This document shows, one piece after another, positions 1 to 8,578 of a stretch of DNA of 64,000 nucleotides. Within the stretch, counting starts at the first letter, position 1; each line of letters opens with the position of its first letter. A program made the translations under genes and the position numbers. A model generated the notes under the pieces. That model was not told the origin of the DNA. It was given only the letters and a program-made list of their open reading frames with translations, and ran no database searches. Where the stretch lies: contig JAZRCL010000097.1 in NCBI GenBank assembly GCA_045659745.1, positions 2,881 to 66,880 of the forward strand. The letters are read 5' to 3'. The stretch is from Eubacteriales bacterium. Lineage in GTDB: Bacteria > Bacillota > Clostridia > Oscillospirales > CAG-272.

Positions 1-37
1 TATTGTCAACAAGTCTTTTTATGTTGCCGCCCGACTT

Positions 38-736
38 TCAGGACACGTCCTCCTTTTGCGAAAAAATCACCGATATGGTTTTTATCATGATCTTCACATC
101 AAGCCAGACAGACGCATTCTTTACGTAATACGCGTCCATTATCGCCTTGTTTTTATAATAGACCTTATCTCTGCCGTTTACTTGCGCGTATCCCGAGATG
201 CCCGGGCGCATTGTAAGCACGCCGAGCTGCTCTCTCATAGAGTTGCAGTTCTGCTCCGCAGGGACAAGAGGGCGGTAGCCTATAAAGCTCATACTTCCTA
301 AAAGCACGCACAGCATCTGGGGCAGCTCGTCAAGCGAGTATTTGCGAAGAAATTTTCCCACGCTTGTCTGATGTTCATCGGGGTCTTCAAGCAAAGACGA
401 GGGGCATTCGCGCGGCGCGTCTATGTTCATAGTCCTGAATTTATAGCATTTGAACCTTTTACCGTTTTGCCCTATTCGCTCACCGTCAAAGATCACGGGA
501 CCTTTACTGTCGCACTTGATGATTATGGAGATCACAAGCATCGGAAGCGCGAGCAGAGTCATCAAAAACAGCGATCCGACTATGTCAAAGCTCCGTTTGA
601 CAAATCTGTAAAACAGTCTTTTTTTATTGTTTGGCTGAAAGTCTGATATATATTCCTCGTAAAACTTGTCCGAATAAATTACACTGCCGTCAATATTAAG
701 CTCGAGGGGTTTTTGAGCGTCCTTTGTTTCTTTCAT
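38..736 (-). CDS. Bacterial sugar transferase (polyprenyl-phosphate hexose-1-phosphate transferase, WbaP/EpsL C-terminal-domain type)
   Basis: ORF 38..826. One TM anchor (FDIVGSLFLMTLLALPMLVISIII), then PVIFDGERIGQNGKRFKCYKFRTM, DELPQ and GYRP motifs. ATG at 736 preferred because AGGAG lies just upstream. Confidence 0.85.
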   Translation of the reverse strand: MKETKDAQKPLELNIDGSVIYSDKFYEEYISDFQPNNKKRLFYRFVKRSFDIVGSLFLMTLLALPMLVISIIIKCDSKGPVIFDGERIGQNGKRFKCYKFRTMNIDAPRECPSSLLEDPDEHQTSVGKFLRKYSLDELPQMLCVLLGSMSFIGYRPLVPAEQNCNSMREQLGVLTMRPGISGYAQVNGRDKVYYKNKAIMDAYYVKNASVWLDVKIMIKTISVIFSQKEDVS

Positions 737-776
737 ATCAGTCTCCTGTATGTTTTTCAAAAGCTTTCTACGTAAA

Positions 777-805
777 ATTATAGCATACACATAATGCTTT
801 GTCAA
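777..805 (-). promoter_or_regulatory. Sigma-A-type promoter for the sugar transferase gene
   Basis: Minus strand reads TTGACA (805-800), 17-nt spacer, TGcTATAAT (-10 hexamer 782-777). Confidence 0.55.
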
Positions 806-810
806 TTTAG

Positions 811-846
811 AAAAAACACCGTTCACGTTATGTAAACGGTGTTTTT
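811..846. terminator. Bidirectional hairpin terminator downstream of the Toprim gene
   Basis: CACCGTT (817-823) pairs with AACGGTG (835-841). Flanked by an A-run on the left and a T-run on the right. Confidence 0.6.
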
Positions 847-849
847 CAA

Positions 850-1437
850 TCAGTTCAACTGCTCTACCGCGGACTTATATTCCTCGTACGTGCAGAGGAT
901 TTTCACTGCCTCAAGCAGCGAGTTTGCGGTCATATCGCGAGGCAATCCAAGCAGAACTGCCAGAGCATCTCTCTTTTGAGAGCTGTTCTCGCCACCGGAA
1001 AGTCCGTCGCAGAAAAAGTCTGTCTTTGTTATCTCGGCGCGGGTTATCTCTCCGTCACTCCCAACAGAAAACGGCAAAAGCAGATCGTAGAGAATCTGCG
1101 CATCAACACCCTCGATGCCGAGAAAGCCCTCGGCGGAGTCAACCGTTTTGCGCTTTTCCCTGCCCTTTATCTGCGGGGTGTAGAGCTGGATAAGTCTATC
1201 CTTTGGTATTGCCGAGGTAATATGCGAGCGTATCACCTTGCCGCCTCCGTCCGAGTCGGTCAGAACTATCACGGGGGTCTTTTCGGCAAGCCTTTTGAGA
1301 AGCGACAGCCTCTCTGCGTTTTTGAAAAGCCCAAAGCCGTCGGTCGTGATTATCGTGCCGCTGACTATTGACGAAAGCTTTATTTTATCGTATTTACCCT
1401 CAACTATAACAGGGTATCTCAAAGTCAATTTTTCCAT
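850..1437 (-). CDS. Toprim-domain protein (RNase M5-like N-terminus, DUF4093-type)
   Basis: YPVIVEGKYD ... PVIVLTDSDGGG matches the Toprim E...DxD signature. 195 aa, tightly packed after uppP. Confidence 0.7.
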   Translation of the reverse strand: MEKLTLRYPVIVEGKYDKIKLSSIVSGTIITTDGFGLFKNAERLSLLKRLAEKTPVIVLTDSDGGGKVIRSHITSAIPKDRLIQLYTPQIKGREKRKTVDSAEGFLGIEGVDAQILYDLLLPFSVGSDGEITRAEITKTDFFCDGLSGGENSSQKRDALAVLLGLPRDMTANSLLEAVKILCTYEEYKSAVEQLN

Positions 1438-1440
1438 TGT

Positions 1441-2325
1441 TTAGCCTCTGACAAGGAAGTATATTATAACAAGAGCGCCGAGCGCGATTCTGTAAATTCC
1501 GAAAGGAATAAAGCTGTGCTTTTTCACGAAATCCACAAGGAATCTGACAACTACCATAGACACCGCAAAGGACACAACGGTAGCCGTGATAAGCGCAAAT
1601 ATTGCAGTTGCGGGAATGCTGACGTCGGTTTCCATAACGTACTTTACAAAGCTCGCGCCCTTTATAAGCGCCGCTCCAGCGATCGCGGGAATTCCAAGGA
1701 AGAACGAAAATTCCGCCGCCGCAGGACGTGATACGCCTATCATTCTCGCGCCAAGTATAGTCGAGCCCGAGCGAGACGTGCCGGGCACTATGGAAAGCAC
1801 CTGAAAGCAACCGATCGCCAAGGACTGAGTTATGCTTATGTCCTCAACTCGCTCAACGGACGCTCGGTTTTTGTGGAATTTTTCAATTATGATAAACAAA
1901 ATTCCGTAGATTATGAGCGCCGCCGCGACAGTCTTCCAATTAAATATCCAACCGTCTATATCCTTGCCCGAAAGCTTTTCAAGTATCTTATCGCCAACAA
2001 CTCCGACAAGCGCCGCGGGAATGCTGGCTATCACAACCTTTCCCCAGAGCTTCCAAGTTTCCTTTTTCTCAAAAGTGTCCTTTTGGCGCGAAAATGGATT
2101 GAGCTTTTGGAAGTATATGACCGCAACGGCAAGTATCGCGCCGAGCTGAATGACTACCTCAAACATACTGCCGTATTCTTCGGCAAAGGTCGCGCCAAGC
2201 GCAGGGGCAACGTCAAGCTTCAAAAACTCGTCAAGCAGAATGAGATGTCCCGTGCTTGAGACGGGCAACCACTCGGTCACCCCCTCCACTATTCCAAAAA
2301 GAATACTTTTTAATATTTCGATCAT
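1441..2325 (-). CDS. uppP: Undecaprenyl-diphosphate phosphatase
   Basis: Hallmark motifs EGVTEWLPVSSTGHLIL and PGTSRSGSTI. About 8 TM segments, 294 aa. Confidence 0.95.
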   Translation of the reverse strand: MIEILKSILFGIVEGVTEWLPVSSTGHLILLDEFLKLDVAPALGATFAEEYGSMFEVVIQLGAILAVAVIYFQKLNPFSRQKDTFEKKETWKLWGKVVIASIPAALVGVVGDKILEKLSGKDIDGWIFNWKTVAAALIIYGILFIIIEKFHKNRASVERVEDISITQSLAIGCFQVLSIVPGTSRSGSTILGARMIGVSRPAAAEFSFFLGIPAIAGAALIKGASFVKYVMETDVSIPATAIFALITATVVSFAVSMVVVRFLVDFVKKHSFIPFGIYRIALGALVIIYFLVRG

Positions 2326-2326
2326 A

Positions 2327-3616
2327 TCAGTCTCCCGATCTTATAATATCTCCCTCGCTCACGTCAAACGGCACTCTGCACCAGAATATCATTGAAGGAT
2401 GAGGAGCTGAGGGTATAGCCTCTCCCTTTTGCGAGTAAAGCTCCGTGACAGTAAACGGCTTGCCTATTCTCGACGGAGAGATGATCTCCGCGCTGTCGCC
2501 GAGGGACACCTTGTTTCTCTGTATAAATCTGTAAAGTCTGCCGTCGCTATTTTCAAGCTCAACTCCAAGGCCTGACAGAATAGCCGCCTCTTGTTCATTA
2601 TAGTCTGTGGCGGTGGCGAAATATGCCTTTTCGCGTATATAGCCGTTCTGTGTTGCAAGCTGGTGGTTCTCTATCGGCTTGTCAAGATAATATCCCGTGC
2701 AGTATTCTCTGTGGGATACGCTGTCAAGCTCTCTGTACCAATCCGGGTTATATACGTAATTTTCGGGGTCGGATAGATACGCGTCTATCGCCATTCTGTA
2801 CGCATTCGTCACAACTGCGGTATAATACGCGGATTTCATTCTGCCCTCTATCTTGAAGGAGTCTATGCCGCTCGCTATAAGCTCAGGGATATGCTCAATA
2901 GTACACATATCCTTTGAGGACATAATAAACGTGCCAAGCTCTGTCTGCTCTATCGGTATGGGAGTGTCAGGTCTCTTTTCCTCATAGACCACGTAGTTCC
3001 AACGGCAAGGCTGAGTGCATTTGCCTCTGTTGCCGTCTCTGCCCGTGAGCATCTGCGAGAGCATACATCTGCCGCTGTACGACACGCACATCGAGCCGTG
3101 AATAAACGCCTCAAGCTCAATATCGTCGTCAAGTCCGTCTCTTATGGCCTTTATCTCATTGAAGTCAAGCTCGCGCGCAAGAACAAGTCTCTTTGCGCCA
3201 AGCGCCGCATAAGCTCTTGCCGCCTCGGGGGAGACTATGCTCGCCTGTGTGGAGACGTGTATCTCCATATTGGGCGCAACTCTCTTTACAAGCGCCATAA
3301 CGCCAAGGTCTGCGACTATGAACGCGTCTATCCCGAAATCCTTTATTTCAACAATAAATTTTTCAAGGTCTGCATATTCGTCGCCGTGGGGCATAGTATT
3401 TAAGGTAAGGTATATCTTTTTTCCTCGTTCGTGGGTGTATTTTACCGCCTCACAAAGCTCCTCGACCGTAAAGTTATCCGCCGCCGAGCGCATACCGAAA
3501 TTTATTCCCGCGCAGTACACCGCGTCCGCGCCGTAAAGAAGCGCAGCCTTGAGCTTTTCAAAGTTGCCTGCAGGCGAGAGCAGCTCGGGCCTTTTTATAC
3601 TTTTTTTCATAGACAT
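2327..3616 (-). CDS. Peptidase U32 family protein (collagenase-like / RNA-hydroxylation-associated family)
   Basis: PELLSPAGNFEKLKAALLYGADAVY N-terminus and the U32 signature EAFIHGSMCVSYSGRCMLS. Confidence 0.9.
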   Translation of the reverse strand: MSMKKSIKRPELLSPAGNFEKLKAALLYGADAVYCAGINFGMRSAADNFTVEELCEAVKYTHERGKKIYLTLNTMPHGDEYADLEKFIVEIKDFGIDAFIVADLGVMALVKRVAPNMEIHVSTQASIVSPEAARAYAALGAKRLVLARELDFNEIKAIRDGLDDDIELEAFIHGSMCVSYSGRCMLSQMLTGRDGNRGKCTQPCRWNYVVYEEKRPDTPIPIEQTELGTFIMSSKDMCTIEHIPELIASGIDSFKIEGRMKSAYYTAVVTNAYRMAIDAYLSDPENYVYNPDWYRELDSVSHREYCTGYYLDKPIENHQLATQNGYIREKAYFATATDYNEQEAAILSGLGVELENSDGRLYRFIQRNKVSLGDSAEIISPSRIGKPFTVTELYSQKGEAIPSAPHPSMIFWCRVPFDVSEGDIIRSGD

Positions 3617-3726
3617 TCTCTGCCTTTCGTGTTCTGATTATTTCTCTTTATATTTTATCATAAATAAATAGTTATGTCAATCAAAAAATCAACGGCGCGG
3701 AAAACGGCAAAAAACAGAAAAACACC

Positions 3727-3755
3727 TTGAACATTATCAACTTTTGTGATATAAT
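3727..3755 (+). promoter_or_regulatory. Sigma-A-type promoter for the zinc-ribbon membrane protein gene
   Basis: TTGAAC (3727-3732), 17 nt, TGaTATAAT (hexamer 3750-3755). GGAGG RBS before the ATG at 3809. Confidence 0.55.
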
Positions 3756-3808
3756 AAAAGTGTATAATCTCGCTCACGGGCGAGAAATAATACTAAGCGG
3801 AGGTTTTT

Positions 3809-4981
3809 ATGTATTGTCCAAAATGTGGTGCTGAGCTGAACGACGGCTCTGTAATTTGTAACGTATGTGGCGAGCATTTCGCTATGGAACTGCAAAAGGG
3901 TAGATTTCTTGCGGCTAAAAATAAAACGCTTGCTATTCTTTCCGATTTTTTCCATTCCAAGCTGTTTCTTATCTTTTCTATTTTCACAAGCATTCTCTGC
4001 GGAGTAAGCTTTATATCCATCTTTACAGGCGCGGGTATTGAAGCAATACTTACGTTTGTTCTCTCTCTCTTGGCAGTTATCGCCTGCTGGGGTCTGTATT
4101 CCGCAAAGTCCGCTCTCAAGGCAAAGAATATCCGAAAGATAAGATGGCTCTTTAAGGGTTGGCGTATATTCTCGAAGGTGCTTTACATATTGCTTATAGT
4201 AGTGTTAGCCCTGATGATATGCTTTATGATTTTTGTCCTTGCAAAGCAAAACGCGATAAAGGCCGCCTTTGAAGACGGCGAGTTTGCGCAGCAGCTCGCA
4301 GATGAGCTCTATGCAGAGGGGATCGTCACATACGAGAAAGCCGTGGAAATTGCGTCTATGGTCACGGATGTGTGGTTCTTTATAGGCTTCTTAATAGGCT
4401 TAACAGTAATTTTGTCGCTTTTTATCCCCTTCTACATTATTTACAGTATTATGCTTAAAAACGCTGAAGATTACGTTATGAAGCTTGAGGGCGCTTGTAT
4501 CTTTAACAAATATACGGCTAACAGTTGCCCCGGCAAGTTTATGCTGGTGATGGGTATCATATATGCCGCTATCTCCTTTGGCGCAAGCTCGTCCGTCAAC
4601 TTTAACATTGGCGAATATGAGCTGTCAACCTCATTGCCTAATTACTTGCCCACCGCAATCGGAGCATTCCTTATATTTGCGGGAATACTCTTTAATAAGA
4701 TTCACGCGGCAGAGACCGAAAACAACGGAATTATTGCTCGCGAGGAGTTCGAGCTTGCCCGCGTGGCACAGCTTACCAACGACGCAATAGCGTCCGCGCA
4801 GGCTACACCTGTAATTGAGGAAGCCCCCACACTTGAGGAAGCTCCCGTAGTCGAGGAAGCTCCCGTGGTTGAAGAAATCCCCGTGGTTGAAGAAATCCCT
4901 GCGGTTGAGGAAACTCCTGCGGCTGAAGAAACTCCTGTGGTTGAAGAAATCCCTGCGGTTGAAGAAACACCCAACGAATAA
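3809..4981 (+). CDS. Zinc-ribbon membrane protein with an acidic C-terminal tandem-repeat tail
   Basis: N-terminal CPKCG...CNVCG zinc ribbon, several hydrophobic TM segments, C-terminal EE[AIT]P[VA][VA] x9. Confidence 0.75.
   Translation: MYCPKCGAELNDGSVICNVCGEHFAMELQKGRFLAAKNKTLAILSDFFHSKLFLIFSIFTSILCGVSFISIFTGAGIEAILTFVLSLLAVIACWGLYSAKSALKAKNIRKIRWLFKGWRIFSKVLYILLIVVLALMICFMIFVLAKQNAIKAAFEDGEFAQQLADELYAEGIVTYEKAVEIASMVTDVWFFIGFLIGLTVILSLFIPFYIIYSIMLKNAEDYVMKLEGACIFNKYTANSCPGKFMLVMGIIYAAISFGASSSVNFNIGEYELSTSLPNYLPTAIGAFLIFAGILFNKIHAAETENNGIIAREEFELARVAQLTNDAIASAQATPVIEEAPTLEEAPVVEEAPVVEEIPVVEEIPAVEETPAAEETPVVEEIPAVEETPNE
4817..4978 (+). repeat. Nine in-frame tandem copies of an 18-bp unit (GAGGAAGCTCCCGTGGTT-like)
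   Basis: Read directly: EEAPTL EEAPVV EEAPVV EEIPVV EEIPAV EETPAA EETPVV EEIPAV EETPNE, ending at the stop codon. Confidence 0.95.
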
Positions 4982-5052
4982 AATCACGAATAACAAAAAC
5001 GCTTGCCTTTCTCTGTTGTCCTTAACGGAGAATTTGCAGGCACAAAAATTTT

Positions 5053-5076
5053 GGCAGAGAACTTGTTTTCTCTGCC
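5053..5076 (+). terminator. Hairpin between the zinc-ribbon gene and the RAYT-like gene (terminator or element-end hairpin)
   Basis: GGCAGAGAA (5053-5061) pairs with TTCTCTGCC (5068-5076), 6-nt loop. Followed by GATTTGTGTTATAAT, a possible extended -10. Confidence 0.45.
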
Positions 5077-5101
5077 GATTTGTGTTATAATGATATGGGT
5101 G

Positions 5102-5626
5102 ATGCAAATGGATAAAGAAAAAGAATTACCGAAACGAAAACATCCCCGCCTTGACAATTATGATTACAGTTCTGCGGGCGCATATTTTGTAACGATATGC
5201 ACCGAGAACAGACGATGTATGCTATCGCGTGTCGTAGGGCGGGGGCTTGCTCCCGCCGAAACAACCGGGATAAAATACACATTATTCGGAAAGATTGCAG
5301 AGAAACAATTATTCTTGCTGGAAGACCGATATCCGTATCTTGCGGTTGACAAATATGTAATCATGCCTAACCATATACACGCAATTATGATTCTAAACGG
5401 CAAAACGGCGGGAGCAAGCCCCCGCCCTACGATCACGGATATCGTTTGCGCGTATAAATCGTTAACTACAAGAGAATGTAAAAAGAACGGATTTGACGGG
5501 AAATTGTTTCAAACATCATTTTATGAGCATATTATCCGAGGTCGAGAGGATTATGAGGAAATCGCGAAATATATTTACGAAAACCCTATCCGTTGGTACT
5601 ACGACGAATTATACACAGAGGAATAG
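5102..5626 (+). CDS. HUH/Y1 tyrosine transposase-like protein (IS200-like / REP-associated RAYT-type), single copy
   Basis: ORF 5003..5626, likely start ATG 5102 or 5108. HUH motif NHIHAIM (HIH codons 5372-5380) and C-terminal YIYENPIRW tyrosine motif. About 174 aa; no TnpB partner. Confidence 0.8.
   Translation: MQMDKEKELPKRKHPRLDNYDYSSAGAYFVTICTENRRCMLSRVVGRGLAPAETTGIKYTLFGKIAEKQLFLLEDRYPYLAVDKYVIMPNHIHAIMILNGKTAGASPRPTITDIVCAYKSLTTRECKKNGFDGKLFQTSFYEHIIRGREDYEEIAKYIYENPIRWYYDELYTEE
5232..5258. repeat. Left arm of a perfect 27-bp inverted repeat inside the RAYT-like CDS
   Basis: TCGTAGGGCGGGGGCTTGCTCCCGCCG is the exact reverse complement of 5406-5432. The arm itself contains GGCGGG-N8-CCCGCC. 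Confidence 0.95.
5406..5432. repeat. Right arm of the perfect 27-bp inverted repeat inside the RAYT-like CDS
   Basis: CGGCGGGAGCAAGCCCCCGCCCTACGA, verified base by base against 5232-5258. Confidence 0.95.
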
Positions 5627-5718
5627 GGGGATGGGCTTTGCCCTGTGCCTTTGTAATACAAAGGCGAAACTGGCGATAAATGAGAGCGACAAACAAAAAT
5701 TTATAGGAGGTTTTTGTT

Positions 5719-6084
5719 ATGAAAAAGATTGTAACACTATTGGTAGCATTATTCTGTATATTGGGGATAGTTGGATGCCGTAGCAGTCATATTCCTGCAG
5801 ATACCGAACCAGTAAAATACTCTGCCGATTTATCCAAGTATCCTACTAACGAAGATTGCATGGGATATGGTGAAATTAAAGAAATCACAGACGGAAAATT
5901 ATTGGTATCCCTCGGTTCAGACAAGGATAAAGCTGCGTTCGGTGAAGTTGTTTGGCTAGTTTGTGATCAAGCATATGCATATAGTGTTGGTCAGGTTGTA
6001 ACGTATACTTTTCGTGATGTAAAGGCTCCTGACAAAGAAGGAGAACCATTGAACATTATTGCTTTGCTAGTTTATATGGAATAG
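5719..6084 (+). CDS. Small lipoprotein, function unknown
   Basis: Signal peptide with lipobox LGIVGC, GGAGG RBS, A/T-rich codons unlike neighbouring genes. Confidence 0.7.
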   Translation: MKKIVTLLVALFCILGIVGCRSSHIPADTEPVKYSADLSKYPTNEDCMGYGEIKEITDGKLLVSLGSDKDKAAFGEVVWLVCDQAYAYSVGQVVTYTFRDVKAPDKEGEPLNIIALLVYME

Positions 6085-6124
6085 TCATCAGATAAATTCC
6101 AATTTATCGAAAAGAATAAATAAG

Positions 6125-6144
6125 CCCCGACAGATCTGTCGGGG
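6125..6144. terminator. Bidirectional terminator between the convergent lipoprotein gene and fbp
   Basis: CCCCGACAG-ATC-CTGTCGGGG 9-bp stem, T-rich tract after it, A-rich before. Confidence 0.75.
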
Positions 6145-6240
6145 TTAATTATTTGTTTACTGCGGATCAAATAATGTAAGATGTTTTATAAATTCTTCGC
6201 TAAGAACATCACCCTTTGCGGCAAGCGTTTTTTATTAAAA

Positions 6241-8208
6241 TCAAATTTGCTCGTTTGGCTTTACAATACCCGTGCGGTACGCATCAAGCAGAGCCTTAAG
6301 GTCTGACTTGCGCTCGATAAGCTCCTTACCCTCGTCGGTGTCGGCAACCATCATTCGTCTGTTCATCATCTCAAACACGACGTCTGTGGTGGCAAGAATG
6401 TCCTTATTCTCCTTGATAGCCGCCGCTTTGCCCTCAAATGCACCGTGAGATACGAGTCGGAGTCCTCGCGACGAGTAAATAAGCGTATATCCCGCAATTC
6501 CCGTGGTGGTGTGGTACGCCTTGCAGAAGCCGCCGTCGATAAGTATATATCTTCCGTTTGCCTTGACGGGATTTTCGCCAGCGCCCGCCTTTACGGGAAC
6601 GTGTCCGTTTATGACGTGAGAACTTCTCTCATCAAGTCCAAACTCGTGGAGTATCTTGCATATAGCGCCGTAATTGTCAATAAACGAGTAATAGGGGTTT
6701 TTCTTTTCCGTCCACGCAGTCTTGTCCGAGATAAAGCATCGCTCAAAGGTGGTCATTTTCTCGCGTCCGAAAAGCGGACTGCGCTTTCCGCACCAGAGAT
6801 AATACATAAAGTCAAGCGCATTACGGTCGCCATTATAGTAGGCAAGACGCGCTATTCTGTCACAGCTGTCCATATACTCTTTGCCCGATACTGAGCGTCC
6901 GTCGTAAAGCGTCACGGATTGGAAGTCGCCATCTGCCGTCATCGGAATACAACCGTGGAAAAGCAGATTTTGATTGTATATCTTGTAAAGGCTTCCCTTG
7001 GCATAAAGGAACTTGACGTGAGCCTGAAGTGCCGCGCTGTGCTTGAATGCGCGAGTCAGCGATGCCATAAGTCCCTCCTCTTCGGGCGAGAGCGCGTAAG
7101 GATCATTTATATCAATCGTCGGGAAATCACAGTCGTCAAGAGAATATTCTACCCCCTCGATAGTGACCGTCTTTTTGACGCGGTCTATCTTGTCAAGCAA
7201 AAGTCTGCCATCCATCTCATACTCGGGGTGACGCATAATAAGCTGTCCCTCAAGCTTGAAAAGAATTATAGCTATCGCCTTGTGAGCCTTAGACAAACTG
7301 CTCATATTGTTCTTGATGTAGTCCTTATCCTCAGCAGAGCGAGGCATAAAGCCCGTGCAGTCGCCGTAGGTCTCCTGCGCAAAGCCGATAAGATCGCGAA
7401 GACTTATTCCGTAGGAGTTTTCAACAAGCGAAAGCGTGTTGTACTGCACAGCAAGGTTAAGTACGCTCGCAACGCAGGTAGCACTTCCCGCCGCAGCACC
7501 CATCCACACGATATCGTGGTTGCCCCACTGAACGTCAACGTTATGGTGAGCCATAAGCATATCAAGTATCTTGTCCGCGCGCTGTCCTCTGTCGTAAATG
7601 TCGCCGACCACGTGCAAACAGTCCACCGCCATTCGCTTGATAAGTGAGCAGAGCGCTTCAACGAATGCGGGCGCCTGACCTATCTCGATTATGGTGGAGA
7701 TAATATTTCTGTAATATTCCTGCTTGTTGTGCTCCTCGCCCGAGGTGTGAAGCAGCTCGTCGATTATGTTCTGATATTCAAACGGGAGCGCGTCACGCAC
7801 CTTTGAACGCGTGTACTTTGACGCCACCGAGCGAGCAAGGTCAACGAGTCTGTAAAGCGTGAGGTCATACCACTCGGATGTGTCCTCGCCCTTGGCGTGA
7901 AGCTCCTCTATTTTTTCCGCAGGATAGTATATAAGCGTGCAAAGCTCGCGTCTCTCGCTCTCGGAAACAAAGCGGTAAAACAAATTGTCCACCTTTTCTC
8001 TGATGACTCCCGAGCAGTTGTTAAGTATATGCTTGAACGCCTCCGCCTCGCCGTGAAGGTCGCTGAGGAAGTGCTCGGTTCCCTTTGGTAGATTGAGTAT
8101 CGCGTTGAGATTGACGACAGCTGCCCCTGCCGTCTGTATCGAGGGATATTGCTTAGACAAAAGATTCAACATTTTTATTTGTTCGGGTGTGTACGCCGTT
8201 TTTTTCAT
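6241..8208 (-). CDS. fbp: Fructose-1,6-bisphosphatase class 3
   Basis: ORF 6241..8301. ATG at 8208 (MKKTAYTPEQIKMLNLLSKQYPS...) follows a GGGAG RBS. LSDLHGE and GDIYDRG metallophosphatase motifs; length typical of Firmicute class 3 FBPase. Confidence 0.95.
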   Translation of the reverse strand: MKKTAYTPEQIKMLNLLSKQYPSIQTAGAAVVNLNAILNLPKGTEHFLSDLHGEAEAFKHILNNCSGVIREKVDNLFYRFVSESERRELCTLIYYPAEKIEELHAKGEDTSEWYDLTLYRLVDLARSVASKYTRSKVRDALPFEYQNIIDELLHTSGEEHNKQEYYRNIISTIIEIGQAPAFVEALCSLIKRMAVDCLHVVGDIYDRGQRADKILDMLMAHHNVDVQWGNHDIVWMGAAAGSATCVASVLNLAVQYNTLSLVENSYGISLRDLIGFAQETYGDCTGFMPRSAEDKDYIKNNMSSLSKAHKAIAIILFKLEGQLIMRHPEYEMDGRLLLDKIDRVKKTVTIEGVEYSLDDCDFPTIDINDPYALSPEEEGLMASLTRAFKHSAALQAHVKFLYAKGSLYKIYNQNLLFHGCIPMTADGDFQSVTLYDGRSVSGKEYMDSCDRIARLAYYNGDRNALDFMYYLWCGKRSPLFGREKMTTFERCFISDKTAWTEKKNPYYSFIDNYGAICKILHEFGLDERSSHVINGHVPVKAGAGENPVKANGRYILIDGGFCKAYHTTTGIAGYTLIYSSRGLRLVSHGAFEGKAAAIKENKDILATTDVVFEMMNRRMMVADTDEGKELIERKSDLKALLDAYRTGIVKPNEQI

Positions 8209-8365
8209 ATTTGAAGCTCTCCCTTTCATATTTGCGTCTCTATATTTATATTTTAACTGATTTTTGGGGAAATGTAAAGACATTTTCTGAAAATGCCTCA
8301 AAAACCATTCGATTTTCTTCGTCCCGGATAGGCAAAAAAGAACTTTTTATTTTACCTCAAGGGTA

Positions 8366-8395
8366 TTGACATTCTCGCCCTCGGTGTGATATAAT
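8366..8395 (+). promoter_or_regulatory. Sigma-A-type promoter for tRNA-Gln
   Basis: TTGACA (8366-8371), 18 nt, TGaTATAAT (hexamer 8390-8395), about 17 nt before the tRNA 5' end. Confidence 0.6.
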
Positions 8396-8411
8396 ATCAC
8401 AGTACAAATAT

Positions 8412-8486
8412 TGGGGTGTCGCCAAGCGGTAAGGCACAGGACTTTGACTCCTGCATTCGTCAGTTCAAATCTGGCCACCCCAGCCA
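8412..8486 (+). tRNA. tRNA-Gln (anticodon UUG), CCA encoded
   Basis: Hand-folded cloverleaf. Acceptor TGGGGTG/CACCCCA, anticodon stem CAGGA/TCCTG, loop CTTTGAC (TTG), T arm GTCAG-TTCAAAT-CTGGC, discriminator G, CCA at 8484-8486. Confidence 0.9.
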
Positions 8487-8522
8487 ACACAAAGGGCGTC
8501 CCATCGGGGCGCCCTTTGTGTT
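8486..8522 (+). terminator. Long hairpin immediately 3' of tRNA-Gln
   Basis: AACACAAAGGGCG (8486-8498) pairs with CGCCCTTTGTGTT (8510-8522), plus inner CCC/GGG pairs. The stem can extend outward into the tRNA 3' end. Confidence 0.6.
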
Positions 8523-8543
8523 GGCTGGGCTAGCCGATTTGAA
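8522..8543. repeat. Inverted degenerate echo of the tRNA-Gln 3' end
   Basis: TGGCTGGGCTAGCCGATTTGAA compared with the reverse complement of the tRNA 3' end, TGGCTGGGGTGGCCAGATTTGAA. Confidence 0.7.
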
Positions 8544-8578
8544 ATGACATACACAAATTGCTCCGCAATTTATGTTAA

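Noticed and set aside
5003-5101. N-terminal 33 codons of ORF 5003-5626
   Set aside because: This stretch covers a terminator-like hairpin and a TGTTATAAT -10 element. The conserved RAYT-like sequence begins after the ATGs at 5102/5108, so the upstream extension is non-coding.
4631-5107. Minus-strand ORFs (158 aa and 90 aa) with FFNHR/SSTTG repeats
   Set aside because: They are antisense to the 18-bp EExPxx tandem repeat of the zinc-ribbon protein gene, so they are repeat artefacts.
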